From contig NC_068981.1 in assembly GCF_001194135.2 (NCBI RefSeq), forward strand, positions 93,055,591 through 93,119,113: a stretch of 63,523 nt of DNA. Reading direction: 5' to 3'. Of the stretch, positions 38,611 to 51,699 are shown one piece after another; the first letter of the stretch is position 1, and every line of letters begins with the position of its first letter. A model generated the notes under the pieces. It searched no databases and was not told the DNA's origin. It saw nothing but the letters and a program-made list of their open reading frames with translations. The stretch is from Octopus bimaculoides. Its lineage: Eukaryota. The position numbers and the translations under genes were made by a program.

Positions 38611-39804
38611 NNNNNNNNNNNNNNNNNNNNNNNNNNNNNNNNNNNNNNNNNNNNNNNNNNNNNNNNNNNNNNNNNNNNNNNNNNNNNNNNNNNNNNNNNN
38701 NNNNNNNNNNNNNNNNNNNNNNNNNNNNNNNNNNNNNNNNNNNNNNNNNNNNNNNNNNNNNNNNNNNNNNNNNNNNNNNNNNNNNNNNNNNNNNNNNNNN
38801 NNNNNNNNNNNNNNNNNNNNNNNNNNNNNNNNNNNNNNNNNNNNNNNNNNNNNNNNNNNNNNNNNNNNNNNNNNNNNNNNNNNNNNNNNNNNNNNNNNNN
38901 NNNNATATATATATATATATATATATAATATATATACATACGTTTATGTATGTACGTGTAAGTATTTGTGTGCATGAGTTATTAAGACAACGAATCCCAC
39001 AAAATGGGAACAGGTAACATGTGTATTTATTTGTATATATAAATATATGTATGTATGGTTGTATAAATATAAATGTATATCACCGTGAATGTATTTGCGT
39101 GCGCGTTTGTGTATGCATTTACGATATACACACACACACACCACACACACATACATATAAATATAAACACACTCACACACAAATACGAATGTTATTAATC
39201 GTAGAAGGTTTGTATGAATCCAATCAAATGAAAAGAGAATTGTTCTATAAGCTCTTATTGACCTTTGATGCGTAATTTTCTTTCCAGATTAAATTGGAAT
39301 ATATCAATAGAATTAATGAGTTAATCATAAGATATTGAAATGAAAATTATATTTAGTAAGTTGCTATAGCAACTTCATATGTAAACTCCTTTCTCAGTCA
39401 TCCCGAAATAAGTTGCGGAAAAAGGAGAAAAAAATGTATACGGATTGTTGAATTGTTGTACGTTCCATTTCACTAATTGGTAATTGTTTTCACTTTATTC
39501 GTTATACTTTTTCCATATATGTTACAGCGTACAAAGAGCTACCTTAAGTGTACGCATTTAGTTTTGAAATTCTGGTGGACCCTACATATGTTGAGCATTT
39601 CAAATGAATGATGCGTTTGTGAGATTAAAAGGTTATGGGCTCTGTATTTGAGTTAATTATTTAGAAAACAAATAGGAGTAAAAGCATGTAACTTTCATTC
39701 AACCAATCAAATTTAATTCCTAGTGTGAACTAACTAAATCTCCTCCCTACCTAAAATCAACGCCCTTTGCATATTCATTTCACTTTCTCTTGTCTTTCTA
39801 AAGG

Positions 39805-39842
<38 letters not shown>

Positions 39843-40399
39843 CTCATGTAACAGCCTACAGCATTGTTTATTTCACTATTGCTTTTTCTGTTTAATGTTC
39901 GACGTAAAATTGAAGGCTTAAAATTTATCTTACACACTAAAGTTCTCTATGTATTACCACCAGACCATTATCCACTAATTTCACCATTTCCTAATTTCAC
40001 CATTTGCTTCATTTGGCTTGAAATTCTGAACAAGTAATGGGTAATTATTTTAAGTGAAATAATTACCAAGCATTGATGACCTACCACTGCAAATCGGTTC
40101 TGCATCGCATTTATCTTCATAAGTACCGTCTCATCTCATCAAGCAGATAACACGTAAAAGAAACACTCAAGATATGAAAACTACGGAAACTAGGTTTTAC
40201 TAAAAAGTAATGACACGCAGCTTGACATGGTTTCTCTCTCGGTGAATCAATAGAACTATCACGACTGGATTGAAGATTAATACTGTTCCTCATTATGGGC
40301 AAATCAGCATCCAGCTGAATGCAACGATGCGGAATATATACTGCGCTATTAAACCTACACTACTGATCTGATATCCAGCAAGGAATATTATCACTCCAA

Positions 40400-41150
40400 A
40401 AACACCGTCATCTCAAAGTCACAAACGCTGTCACATCCTGGACAAAAATAATAGATCAAAACTCTACCACCTTATGATAAAAAGAAAATCTAAAGCTTTT
40501 TCTATAAATATGGAAAAAATACCCTGAGTAAGCCTTGAGAGACGCATTGTTAGAGTGTTCTTAAAGCTATTTGATCTGGTAGGGAACCCTTCTTAAAAGT
40601 GCTGGTGTTTATCCTCTAACTAGCAAACAGTGAATTTATAATTTCAACTTAGGTATAGGCAGAATATAGCGGAGGCATGCATTTATGGAGAAATATCATG
40701 ACCCACTACAACTCCCATTATTTAAGGATTCGTCATGAGTCACAAACCATTTTATGGTGTTCTGTCTGGCAATTTCAATATCCCTAAGGCAAACGTTTCA
40801 GTTACAGCTATAAATCGTCCGTCAGAGATCTATTATATGCCAGAATTAACCAGAAGCTAACTGATGGCACAAAACACTTGATCGCTCGAGGAATTCTCTA
40901 AGACATCAGTATAAACGCCAAAAAATTGATTACCTACATTATGTCAAATCCCTTTTATTCTATTAAAAATTTAGGGACATAGTAGATAATATAATCCAAA
41001 GTATACGATGACAAGCCTGCAAAAGATAGTATTGTCGCATTTACTTCCAAGTTGACTAGACTATTTCTGCCGGCAATAGAAGCTCTGCTCTGAATATATG
41101 AAGTACTCCTATGTGGGTATTATATGCATATTCTAATTCCGAAAAGGGGA
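40400..41150 (+). mobile_element. Very old RTE-like RT relic
   Basis: Residual SVRDLLYA and decayed KAF motifs. Boundaries approximate. Confidence 0.3.
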
Positions 41151-41713
41151 TGGATCAAGTGAACGGAACTAAAGTATACATTTTACGCACATATATGTAG
41201 TCGTCATAATATAATGTAAGAGATCCTGCTTCTAGTGGGCTCTGTTTATTTATTGTGAGAACCTAAAAGTAGTACAATTAAACCTTGGGAGAGGAATTAT
41301 GCCGGTAATAAACACACGCACTGGTTCAGTCCTTTATTAATTTATATAGTTTTTGTTAAATTATTTCATTGCACTCTTGCAATCTCTTCAGTAACTTGTC
41401 TCTCCACTTCCATTTATTTTGAATGTATGATTTGGCTTTGTTTTGGCGTTGTTTTGGCGTTGTTTTGAAACTGTCCGGTATGAGCATGTGAGTGTGTGCA
41501 AGCTCGTATGTGTGCACGCTCATATGTGTGCACACACTTATGTGTTCGTGCTTATATGTAAGTATGTGCGTCCATATGTGTGTTTGTAACAATTTCGTTT
41601 ATATCAGATCAGATAGACACTTTTTTTTTATTTAAATTTATTTATTTACGTTCATATTCCGCATCATATGTGTGAACAACACATGCAACCATGGGCAATT
41701 GTAAGGCCCTCAT

Positions 41714-42480
41714 CTACGTGTATTTGGTGTTCAAAATTGGTTGCGTTTCAGTTCTGAGGACCGACTCCTGTATTTGCCGCAACGGTGCGTCACCGGGGTG
41801 TCTAGACAGGATTTCTATGCTAATTCTGTCCAGTACACCACAATGTTGTTCTTTGGCATGCTGGTAGAGCACCGAGGTTTGTTTTTGATTATTATAGTCC
41901 CTCCAATGGTCGTTTACACGCTCAGCCAAACTTCTTGCCGTTTCACCTATGTATGTCGTGTTTCTGTTTTTACACTCACCATCCATACAGCTTATTTTGT
42001 TGACCACATTTCTGGTTTTGCAGTTGGCACCAGGACTATATTTGCACACAATGCAACTCTCCTCAACACACCTTGTTCTTCTGAAGGGATATGTTTTACA
42101 TATTATTGATCTAATGGATCTCCCTGGTTTTTCTATAACAACTTGGTACTTTTGAGGATTTTTCGAAATCTGCGGGCCAGTTCTCCGTGTGGCGTGGCGT
42201 CCACAAACATTACTCCCTGGAACTTGTCGGTATTGTACCACGTGCTCTTTCTGTTTGTTTTGTCACTAATTCTTTGTAGTCTATTCCACTGTTTGTTACG
42301 GTACCTAGGTTGTGTTCCATCTGTATCTTTGACAACAATCTCCTCAAATTTCTTGTTAGCTCCTCTGTATACTCAGATTCTATCTTTCTGGCTGTACCCC
42401 GAAAGCTGCATGCGATGCATGAAGTCTTGTATATATCTTTGCCTCTCCCATGGACTGCACAGTAGTAGTTTGTTAATGTA
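41714..42480 (-). mobile_element. Penelope-like (Naiad-like) element: RT thumb, Cys cluster and GIY-YIG endonuclease
   Basis: Thumb reads CSPWERQRYIQDFMHRMQLSGYSQKDRI*VYRG...GVMFVDATPHGELARRFRKIL. After one frameshift: RCVEESCIVCKYSPGANCKTRNVV...C...C...TYIGETARSLAERVNDH...SVLYQHAKEQH...RQIQESV...PILN. Confidence 0.9.
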
Positions 42481-43700
42481 ACAAAGGGTGACTATAAAAA
42501 TCATATACGAACAATGAGTATATCAAATGAAATGTGTGGTGAAGATGCATTCATCCTAAACTATATAAAGGTGCTTTTAGATAATTTCAAACAAAAAATT
42601 CTAAAATTTATGGCGCTCATTGTTGGATAGTTTAGGTTGAAGGCTTTCATACAACATTCAGTAGAATCTTGTCATTTTAATCGAAGACAACGCCATCATT
42701 CTCATCAACAATGGCAAGAAACTAATTTTTTGTATCATAAGAGAGGCAATTTCCGACAATATTGGTAGTCAACCCTTAGGGGACAGAAAATCTTAAAGCC
42801 TGACAGGGCTCACAGAATGGATAATGGCTCTCCTCGTTTCAATGTCTTTTACAGTTTTACAGACGATATGAGACATTAAAATGCTTTGCAAAAGAGATTT
42901 GTTGTTATGGCTGCCGTATGACATGCTAGGATACGCTTATAATAAAAGACAAAAAAATGCTCACTCCCCGAAGTACCTATTTCTGTGTATCAAGAACTGT
43001 GCTGTATAACTGCTGTTTAACCTACTTTGGACACCGAGGCCGATCCATTGGCCCACCAGATACAAGCTGAAAGGATTCTGGGGCCGATGTATCAGCCCAA
43101 TGGAACAAATGGGAATGGTTGGATTTGAAGTGTAATAATCAGAGATCGTCTTTTAGTAGATGTATCTCAAAAGGAGAAAAAATCTTTTGACCTTTTTGGA
43201 TTCACATACCAAAACACCATATGTACTTCCTTGAGACGGTAAGCTGTGATTTTAAGTTTTGTGTCTTATTTTCAGCAGAGCGTATGTCTACCTAAATTAT
43301 TCATTTTATCGCTCCAAAAGATGCTAATATCTGTAAAACGATCTCGAGAATATTAGTTGAATATTTTTGTAAATGAAACTATACATATGTACACGTTTAT
43401 AGCATATGGATATCTTCAAAACAGACCCCATGGTAAAATAATAGTAACTTGATTAGACTGTTTGACTTTTACAGAAAGTAAAAGACCATAGTACAAATAA
43501 GATTATTCTAATTCTAATGTGTCGTAATATTTTCAAGGAGAACTAAGCTATTATAAAACACTTCTGATCAGATCAGATGATTTACAATAAACTCTCTGAC
43601 AGGAAACTCTAATTACACGAAGAATATGATATCTAAATATAATTTTGTTGTTTTTAAGAATCATCCTAACTAGATTGTGTTTGGAATTTCACAGATATAC

Positions 43701-44518
43701 TACGAGGTGACATCAAAACGATCACGGATTAGTTATATTTAATAAAAAATAACTTATTTACTTAAGTTTTACCTCCTTCGAAATAGTCACCCCGTGTAGT
43801 AATACAGTGGTCCCAGAAATATAGCAGCCCCAACAATACAACGTTTCCACAATTGGAATCCGGTCTGAAAGTCGTTTTCCGTAAGCAGGTCGCGGACTTT
43901 CTGCAATTCAATCTAGATGTTGAAAACGGTGTTAAAACGGTGACCTTTGAGCTCAATTTTCCTACTGGGGAAACGATGGAAGTCCGCAGATGCTAAATCT
44001 GGTAAATAGGTTAGGTGCAAAAGCGATACTATGTTGTTTTTGACGAGAAAGTCACGAATGAGGAGAGCTCTTTGACAGGGTGCATTTTCGTCGTGAAGAA
44101 TCCAAATTCATTTTTCATGCTCCTCATATCCGATCGCTTTTGCCGAATGGCCTCCCTCAAACGCTTCAAAACGTCGTAATAGAACTCTTCATTGGCGGTC
44201 TGGCCCTGGGAGACGAATTTTCGATGCTTAATACCACATTTCCGGGGGTGAAGCTGGTGGCAGGTCTTCCAGATTGCTCATCGTCTTCTAGGGACGTTCT
44301 TCTGATTTTGAAGCTCTCATGCTCCTCGAAACATTCCGTACAAATCATTGCCTCGTCGCTGTAAGCTAACGGAAGCATGTTGAATGTCTCTGTAGCAGAC
44401 TTCCCAAGTTTCACACCAAATTTCACGTTGGCTCCTTGTTTAAACTGTTTTGTCTATGACAAAAATCGCTGTTTTGTGCTACAGAAATTGTCAGGGAACG
44501 TTTTGATACCACTTCGTA
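43701..44518 (-). mobile_element. Mariner relic with both TIRs, internally deleted
   Basis: TIRs tacgaggtgacatcaaaacgatc and reverse complement tacgaagtggtatcaaaacgttc, with TA ends. ORF 44166-44426 reads KFGVKLGKSATETFNML...LEDDEQSGRP. Confidence 0.9.
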
Positions 44519-45939
44519 AATACAATACTTACAATAAATGATATATCAAGGCCTTGAAGCAAATTTCCTCTCAACAACCAGTTTAATTACTCGCGCAATC
44601 TCTTTATGTATGATTATTTTAAATGACAGCTTAACTCTCATTCATTTCCTTTTTAATTTATCCTAACTGGGGCACACTGCAAATTAAATATACAATCATT
44701 CTATCAGGAGTCAACTACTAAAGTCCTTGCTGAACAAAGTTGATTATACGTGATTATTAAGAACAAAAATTGTAATTAATTCCGAATTGATATTCTTTTG
44801 ATGTGAAGTATATTCCACGTTAATGCTGAGCGGATAATATAACTTCATTAGCATAATTGATTAAACATACAATAGCGAGGGAATTCTTAAAGTAAGAAAC
44901 TGTGTAAGTTTAGGAGCTCTTAGTAATAAAATAGAAATTCTTAAAGGAAAGAAATCGATATCGAAAGAGTGATGCAGAGATAAATGGGATTTGCCAAGTT
45001 ATATTATGTCTCGAGGGAAGTTTAATAAATCACAATATGTCTATACGACTGAATTTCATTAAAACAATTCCATGAGAATATTGAACAGTTAGTAATTATT
45101 TGATTTTGCCACCAACTAGAACGCGGAATTACGTAAACATACTCTCTCAACAAGGCTCTTAATGACTATCCGTAACAAATATATTATGACCTTATATAAC
45201 GACCGTTTAAATTTTACATTGTGAATATTTGCATTACAATCTGCATCTTTACACAATGTCAATATATACATAGAATACACATTCTTATATGTATATTTAA
45301 ATACGAAATGTAAATTGCCACACTAGTATTACTTTTATTCCATTGAATTACCAACTTACGATACACTCATTATTAATTTAAAATCATGAGGTTAGGACTT
45401 CGTAGGCAAAAGAAGGATAACAATATTTGATGTTTAAACTGGGCGAAATTCAAAATACTTAATAGATGAATGCTAATTAACATTTGTTTCACTGCAATGA
45501 GTCGAATCTTTGCTAAAAAAAATGTTAATCAGAAATCAAATGACACCAAACAGTGTTACTTAAAATGTACCATTGAACTCTTAGATTTTTCATGAAAGAG
45601 AATCTTTATATAGTAACTGCTTCCGATAACAGTTAAATATGAGGTCAGTAAACAAAAGATTAAGACAGATTGTAACTACATGGAAGAATATAAGGAAGGC
45701 CGAGGTGTATAAGGCCGAGGTGTATAAGACAGTATAGGTAGTATAGTGAACAAGGCTACGTCCCTGCAGTACAACGCCGTGTGTTCTCATCTGAGTATGG
45801 CCATAGTTAGACTATCAAGACAGATGATTTCATACAATTGGTGATGTATACAAATACACATTGTGCATAAACAGAAATATGTAATATTTTTCCGTAATGT
45901 CATGTAATAGTCATTAGTATCGCCACTTCATCAAATAAA

Positions 45940-47231
45940 GGAAGAAGTGCCCAAAAGAAACCGGAAACGTTCTCTGTGGGGAAAGCGGGTTGTAGTTCAG
46001 ACTTCCGTCGCTAGAAGCCACTTGATACAATCCTCAGGCATCAGTCTCCCGACCGGCGTCCTCTTTAGGGTCATACTGTCATGTGGTGCATTGTTGTTTT
46101 GCAGTGCTTCTCCCAAGTTCGTTGATTTTTGCGAAGGCTTAAACTAAGAGACAGCATGCTTTCGTAAAATTCTGTTTTCTATTGGAGAAAACAGCGACCG
46201 AAACAGTGGTTATGCTTTAAACAGCTTACAAGGGCGCTGCCATGAATAAAACACGAGTTTACGAGTGGTTTTCGAGCTTCAGGAACGGCCACTTGTTGCT
46301 TGAAGACCAATCTCGTTGAGGACGAACATCGACCTCCTGAACGAATGAAGTCATCACGAAAATTCATGAGCTGATCTTAGAACACCGTCGCCAAACAATT
46401 GACGAACTTGTTAATATGAGCGGTGTATCCTGCCAACGAATTTTGAGCGAGGAATTGCGAATGAAAAGAGTTGCAGCAAAATGTGTGCCTCGCTTAATCT
46501 CAGAAGATTAAAAGTCGCCACAAATGAATGCGTGTCGTGAACTAAAAGAACTTAGGTTATTTTTTATTAAACATAACTAGTCTGGTAGCCTTTTGATACC
46601 GCCTAGTACTTCTTACACACTCGCTATAAATGCAAGATGGTGATGAAAGCAGGTATTACGGCTGTGACCCAGAAACGAAGCAGCAACGAAGTCAATGCAA
46701 GCATTCAATGTCACCAGGCCCCAAAACGCGCATCAAGTAAGATCCACTGTTAAGACAATGCTGATTTGTTGCATCGATGTGAAAGGAAATGTCACACGGA
46801 ATTTGTTCTTCCTGGTCAAACAGTTAACGAGACATTTTACATGGAAGTTCTGAAACGTTTGCCAGACACGGTGAGACAAAAACGTCCTGTCCTATGGCAA
46901 CATCACCTTGACTGTGAGATGATTTTTTACTAAAAATGGCATGAAAACACCTATTCATTCGATCTTGCTCACTGCAATTTCTTTTTTTTTTCCACGAATG
47001 AAAAAAGTCTTTAAAGGAAAACAATTTGCAGGTGTGGAAGAGGTGAAGAGAAAAACGACGGAGGTGTTAAAAGGCATCACTTCACAAGACGTCCAGGACT
47101 GCTTCGAACAGTGGAAAACGCATCTGGACCGAAGCATTGCTTCAAATGCAAAATACGTTGAAGTGTAAACATGTAAAATTAAGTGAATAAAATGATATTG
47201 CAAAATTCTAGTTTCTTTTGTGTATACTGTA
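45940..47231 (+). mobile_element. Mariner relic, near full length, decayed
   Basis: VKFCFLLEKTATETVVML, VYEWFSSFRNG, VAAKCVPRL, GDES..YGCDPETKQQ and C-terminal MKKVFKGKQFAGVEEVK...FEQWKTHLDRSIASN. TIR-like ccaaaagaaaccggaa and tagtttcttttgtgtatactgta. Confidence 0.85.
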
Positions 47232-47959
47232 TTTGCATACATTAACAAACTAAAGAAACGTTCTATAGTTTCGCTAAAACACTACATGAAAGGAATATCC
47301 ATGAAACACTTCGTAATTACCACCATTCTATTCTGCTTTTTGAAATTCAAACATATATCTTTGCATGCATGCATACATACATACATGCATACATACATAC
47401 ATGCATACATACATACATACATGTTTACCTTCATGCTGAATGTAATCGACATTGGCCTTTGAATTGGATATTTAAATACTGCGAATTATGAGCGTCGTTG
47501 CCGGAAATTTGTGAAAGACTGGGAAGAAGTTGGATTTAAAAGCAGTTCTTTCGATTGTTAATCGGTTGGAAATATACTGAAAGAGATGTTGATGCTTGAT
47601 ATATTATCTCTTGAAGTAAATGTTCCTGAATTTGAAACCTTTACAACAAATGTCTTTCTCTTCCTTCTCTGTTCCACACAAATTCTGAAACAAATATAAT
47701 GTGGCTAAAATTATCATGCCATACATTTATTCTCATAATATTGCATTTGAAGCTCTCTTATCGAAAATGAACTCAAAATGCATGATCATAACAGCAAATA
47801 GAAATTTCACCGAATCAGCGTCATTGACAGTTTCAATCTGAAAGGAAGCTTAATGACGTCCATTTGTACTTGCGACAATATATTGTGAAGGTTATTCCTT
47901 TGTAATCCAGAGGCAGAATATAGGCACGAAAAAGGTATTGAAGAAAATTTACACTAAAG

Positions 47960-48900
47960 TGATTAATGTTACGAAATCTAAAATAAAATATGTCACTTTG
48001 ATCTGAATTTTGTGACCTGCTGTTACCAAAATATCCGATGCGCTGTTCGAATGGGATTAATACAGAGAAATATTTTTAGGTGTCTTGCACACATATATTT
48101 TAAACCTAAGAATATTGGCGTATTACTTCTGGCATAATATCGGAGAAATGCAAGCATAAAGTACCTGTTATATTTGTTTGAGACAGAAATGAAAATTATA
48201 TACATTTATATTCAAGATGTAAGTATTTCGTTCATAATATTTCAATATTTTAGGTGAAAGCGCCTCTACGTAAATTATTAATTTTCATCTCTTACCCATA
48301 TTTATGGGTGTACGTAATCATAACTATGAATTTCCTTCTTGCTACATCATTTTATTAAATATACCAACCAAGAGCAAGTTTTAAGAGATCATTCTTTATG
48401 TCTCAGTGAAGGTTAACTTGAAGTGGCTAGACACTTATTATTTCTTTGCATACCGACTTCTCAGAGAAGCAGAAATATTAGAAACGAACAAAAACATATT
48501 TGTTAGTACAAGCCTCATAAATATTCTTCAGCAATCTCTGAAAAAAACTTCTTCCCAGAGATGCAATAGAATTCTAATAAAAATATTGTTTATGTATCCT
48601 TTTCAATCACGCTTAACTTGATGCCAAATATAACTTCATCTAACATAGCAAAATTATATCCAAGCAGGAATAATATTTCTTATTGCAAATATCCTAACCC
48701 GAAGGAGAAACGTTTAGATTCTGTCTTACCACCTAAGAAGATGGTACATAAATGCAGAGTAAAAACGCCTGAAGCTAACAACGTATGTATTGGATTTACT
48801 GCAACTGATTTAAAAATTTGCTGCTCTCATAATTATTTTTTCGTGAAACCTGAGGGGAACGAACTTTTATATTACTGTTTGAATATACAGAGCATCTGAG
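47960..48900 (+). mobile_element. Neptune-like PLE relic (RT B' remnant, thumb/linker, GIY-YIG N-terminal half)
   Basis: CYQNIRCAVRMG...LAHIYF; linker ETNKNIF...KILF...MPNITS; KMVHKCRVKTPEANNVCIGFT resembles the VYxCxV...YIGxT pattern. Degenerate. Confidence 0.45.
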
Positions 48901-49644
48901 AGACCTTACGAACTTAAACGGAGGTATATTTTAAGAAGAAAAAAAAACAACGAAGACATGGAAAAGAAATTTTAAAAACAGAAAAGGTGTACCTTGCTTG
49001 GGTTGATGCAATATAAATATTCTTTACTCAGATTCATTCATTATAACATTATATAACCAATAATATTATAACATTATATAACCAAAAGTTTTTAATACTT
49101 CCCAAAACTACCAAAATAGTTTCAATGATAAATAAGGCACCTTTTTCATGGAAGAAATTTATCCTCCCTTTACTACTATAAACATTTATATCCACAACTA
49201 ATCGAGTTTGTATTCATATATCTTAGAGCCTCTATGTATCAAATTTACATATAATATATAAACTTTAACACACTACCATCTGTATAAATCATGTGCTACT
49301 CATCTTGCACTATCATGAACAGCATTTTTCCACGAATGACAGAGGCGGTTTTCGTTACAATGCCGACTGTGATAGGATCAGGAGGGACACAATAATACAG
49401 CCCCGGCAGATGCCACTGACGATGCTAAACACTTACAAATAGTTTCTACATGTGCTTTGGGAGCTGACGCACGATTTTGACACACTAAAGGCTAAGCAAT
49501 TTTTCTTTACTGATTTCCTTTTCATGTTGTCTGTTCCACGATGTTTCTGAGCATAACATTTGTTCAGTGCAAGAATGACTGGAGGGAAACACTGCTTCTT
49601 AAAATGCTGCATCAACTTTTTGAAATGTTAGTTATATAAAAACT

Positions 49645-49937
49645 GACACTTCGTCGGTTACCACGACAAGGCCTGCTCGTGAAATTAACGTATAAATAGC
49701 TCGCATCCCGCAGACACGCGTATCCTTAGCGTAGTTCTCAGTGAGATTCAGCGTGCGTGACACGGAATGTGACAAGGCCGGCCCTTTGAAATACAAGTAC
49801 AACTCATTCCCGCCAGCTGAGCGAACTGGAGCAACGTGAAATAAAGTATCTTGCTCTAGGACGGTACGCGCCGCGGGGAACCGAATTCACGATTTTACGA
49901 TCGTGAACCAAATACCCTAGCTACTAAGCCACGCGCC
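49645..49937 (-). mobile_element. tRNA-derived SINE, family C short variant
   Basis: Shares gcctgctcgtgaaattaacg, cgtagttctc and gtgacaaggc with 51127-51515. Head ggcgcgtggcttagtagctaggg on the minus strand. Confidence 0.75.
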
Positions 49938-50295
49938 TGGATATGTAGCACAATATAGAAAACTTTTCTTGGTACAGAGAATAAAGTAATTCGTTTATAC
50001 TTGCTGTGGTTTCAATATTTCACTTTTTTTCACCTCTTAGGAACATAGGCAATGTCACCGATTCTCCATCTGACCGAAAGTAGCTGTTAGTGCCAACAAA
50101 TATTTGACTGGTTTTTTAAGAGCGCAATGAACATCTCGCTGCAGTACTTTGTGTGGGTATCAATACCGAACATTTGAGTCTCCTATATACAAAATAAAAT
50201 AAGTGTAATTGGTCATTTTCTATTATCTAGTGGTAAAAAACTGAACTGCACAGTTGGTATAATTCTGTAGAATAAATTGGATACGGAATTATCCC

Positions 50296-50359
<64 letters not shown>

Positions 50360-50544
50360 TTTTTTTCCACGAATGACAGAGGCAAATTAACACCAAATAT
50401 AGAGTGCGTGTGTTTTTATTGGCTAAACTGGCANNNNNNNNNNATATATATATACATAACGGTTTTGGCAAACTGTTTTGATCCATACGTGTAACTCCCA
50501 ATAAATTAATTGAGTGCCCTTCTTTCGTTCGTAGTCCACTCAGC

Positions 50545-50581
<37 letters not shown>

Positions 50582-50635
50582 CATACTCACGCACACGCAC
50601 ACACACAAACATACGCACGCGCGGACATATATATA

Positions 50636-50890
50636 GGCGCATGGCTCAGTGGTTAAGATGTTCAACTCACGTTCGAGAGATCGTGGGTTCGTTTCCCAGA
50701 ACGGGTGTTGTGTTCTTGAGCAAGCTTCATTTCACGTTGTTCTGGGATCATTTCGTCATCTGACATGTGACACCCATTGCATCTCTACAGGTAATGTCGA
50801 TTTGATGGAGGGAGTGACCTTACACAAACATTTGGTCACTATAAACAAATCATTTGTGTGGTTGGGTTGTTCGGCAGGCAATTTAATTCT
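50636..50890 (+). mobile_element. tRNA-derived SINE (further family), decayed
   Basis: ggcgcatggctcagtggttaag A box, gggttcgtttccc B box, then gtgttcttgagcaag. Confidence 0.7.
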
Positions 50891-51126
50891 TTATTCATTA
50901 TAAACCACTAGTGTTGAAGTAGAGGGACAATATAGGAGAGACAAACTATGGGGGTCAAAATAGCGTATAAATAATGAAAGAGCGGAAATTAGGAAAATAG
51001 AGTGAAGGACACGCGGGACCACAAACCACGCATAACTACTGATCTTCTGATACTTACGTTCTAATCATCTCCGTTTCACATGTAACAAATCAGGGCAGGC
51101 AGAATGCGTTGGAGCATTAGATAACC

Positions 51127-51515
51127 TGTTGTTGTTGTTGGCACTCCGTCGCTTACGACGACGAGGGTTCCAGTTGATCCGATCAACGGAACAGCCTGCT
51201 CGTGAAATTAACGTGCAAGTGGCTGAGCACTCCACTGACACGTGTACCCTTAACGTAGTTCTCGGGGTTATTCAGCGTGACACAGTGTGACAAGGCTGAC
51301 CCTTTGAATTACAGTCACAACAGAAACAGGAAGAAAGAGTGAGAGAAAGTTGTGGTGAAAGAGTACAGCAGGGTTCGCCACCATCCCCTGTCGGAGCCTC
51401 GTGGAGCTTTAGGTGTTTTCGCTCAAGAAACACTCACAACGCCCGGTCTGGGAATCGAAACTGCGATCCTATGACCGCGAGTCCGCTGCCCTAACTACTG
51501 GGCTATTGCGCCTCC
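51127..51515 (-). mobile_element. tRNA-derived SINE, family C, near full length with (AAC)n tail
   Basis: Minus-strand head ggaggcgcaatagcccagtagttagggcagcgg and B box cagtttcgattccc. The tail is seen as (gtt)n at 51127-51140. Confidence 0.88.
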
Positions 51516-51699
51516 ACAGATAACATGTAACACTTGATAAAAAAGGAATGTCGCATTGTCTTTTGATCTTCTTTAAGCATCACTGGTATTCACATTCAAT
51601 CATCTCACTTACACGTGTAGCAAGGCATACACTCTCCATTCACGGTGCAGGCCAGACAAAATGGGTTGAAGCTACATATGATTAAATAGCATGTAAAAA

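Noticed and set aside
41640-41713. Possible SECIS downstream of the Naiad-like ORF
   Set aside because: The helix after ATGA is only 4 bp, and there is no matching 3' GA quartet or properly spaced AA.
47428-47684. Minus-strand segment bounded by strong splice sites
   Set aside because: All three frames contain stops.
48731-48774. Minus-strand exon candidate phase-compatible with 49437-49615
   Set aside because: It lies antisense within the Neptune-like relic, and the joined peptide has no recognisable homology.
24536-51515. tRNA-like A and B boxes
   Set aside because: They are SINE heads without a cloverleaf, so not called as tRNA genes.
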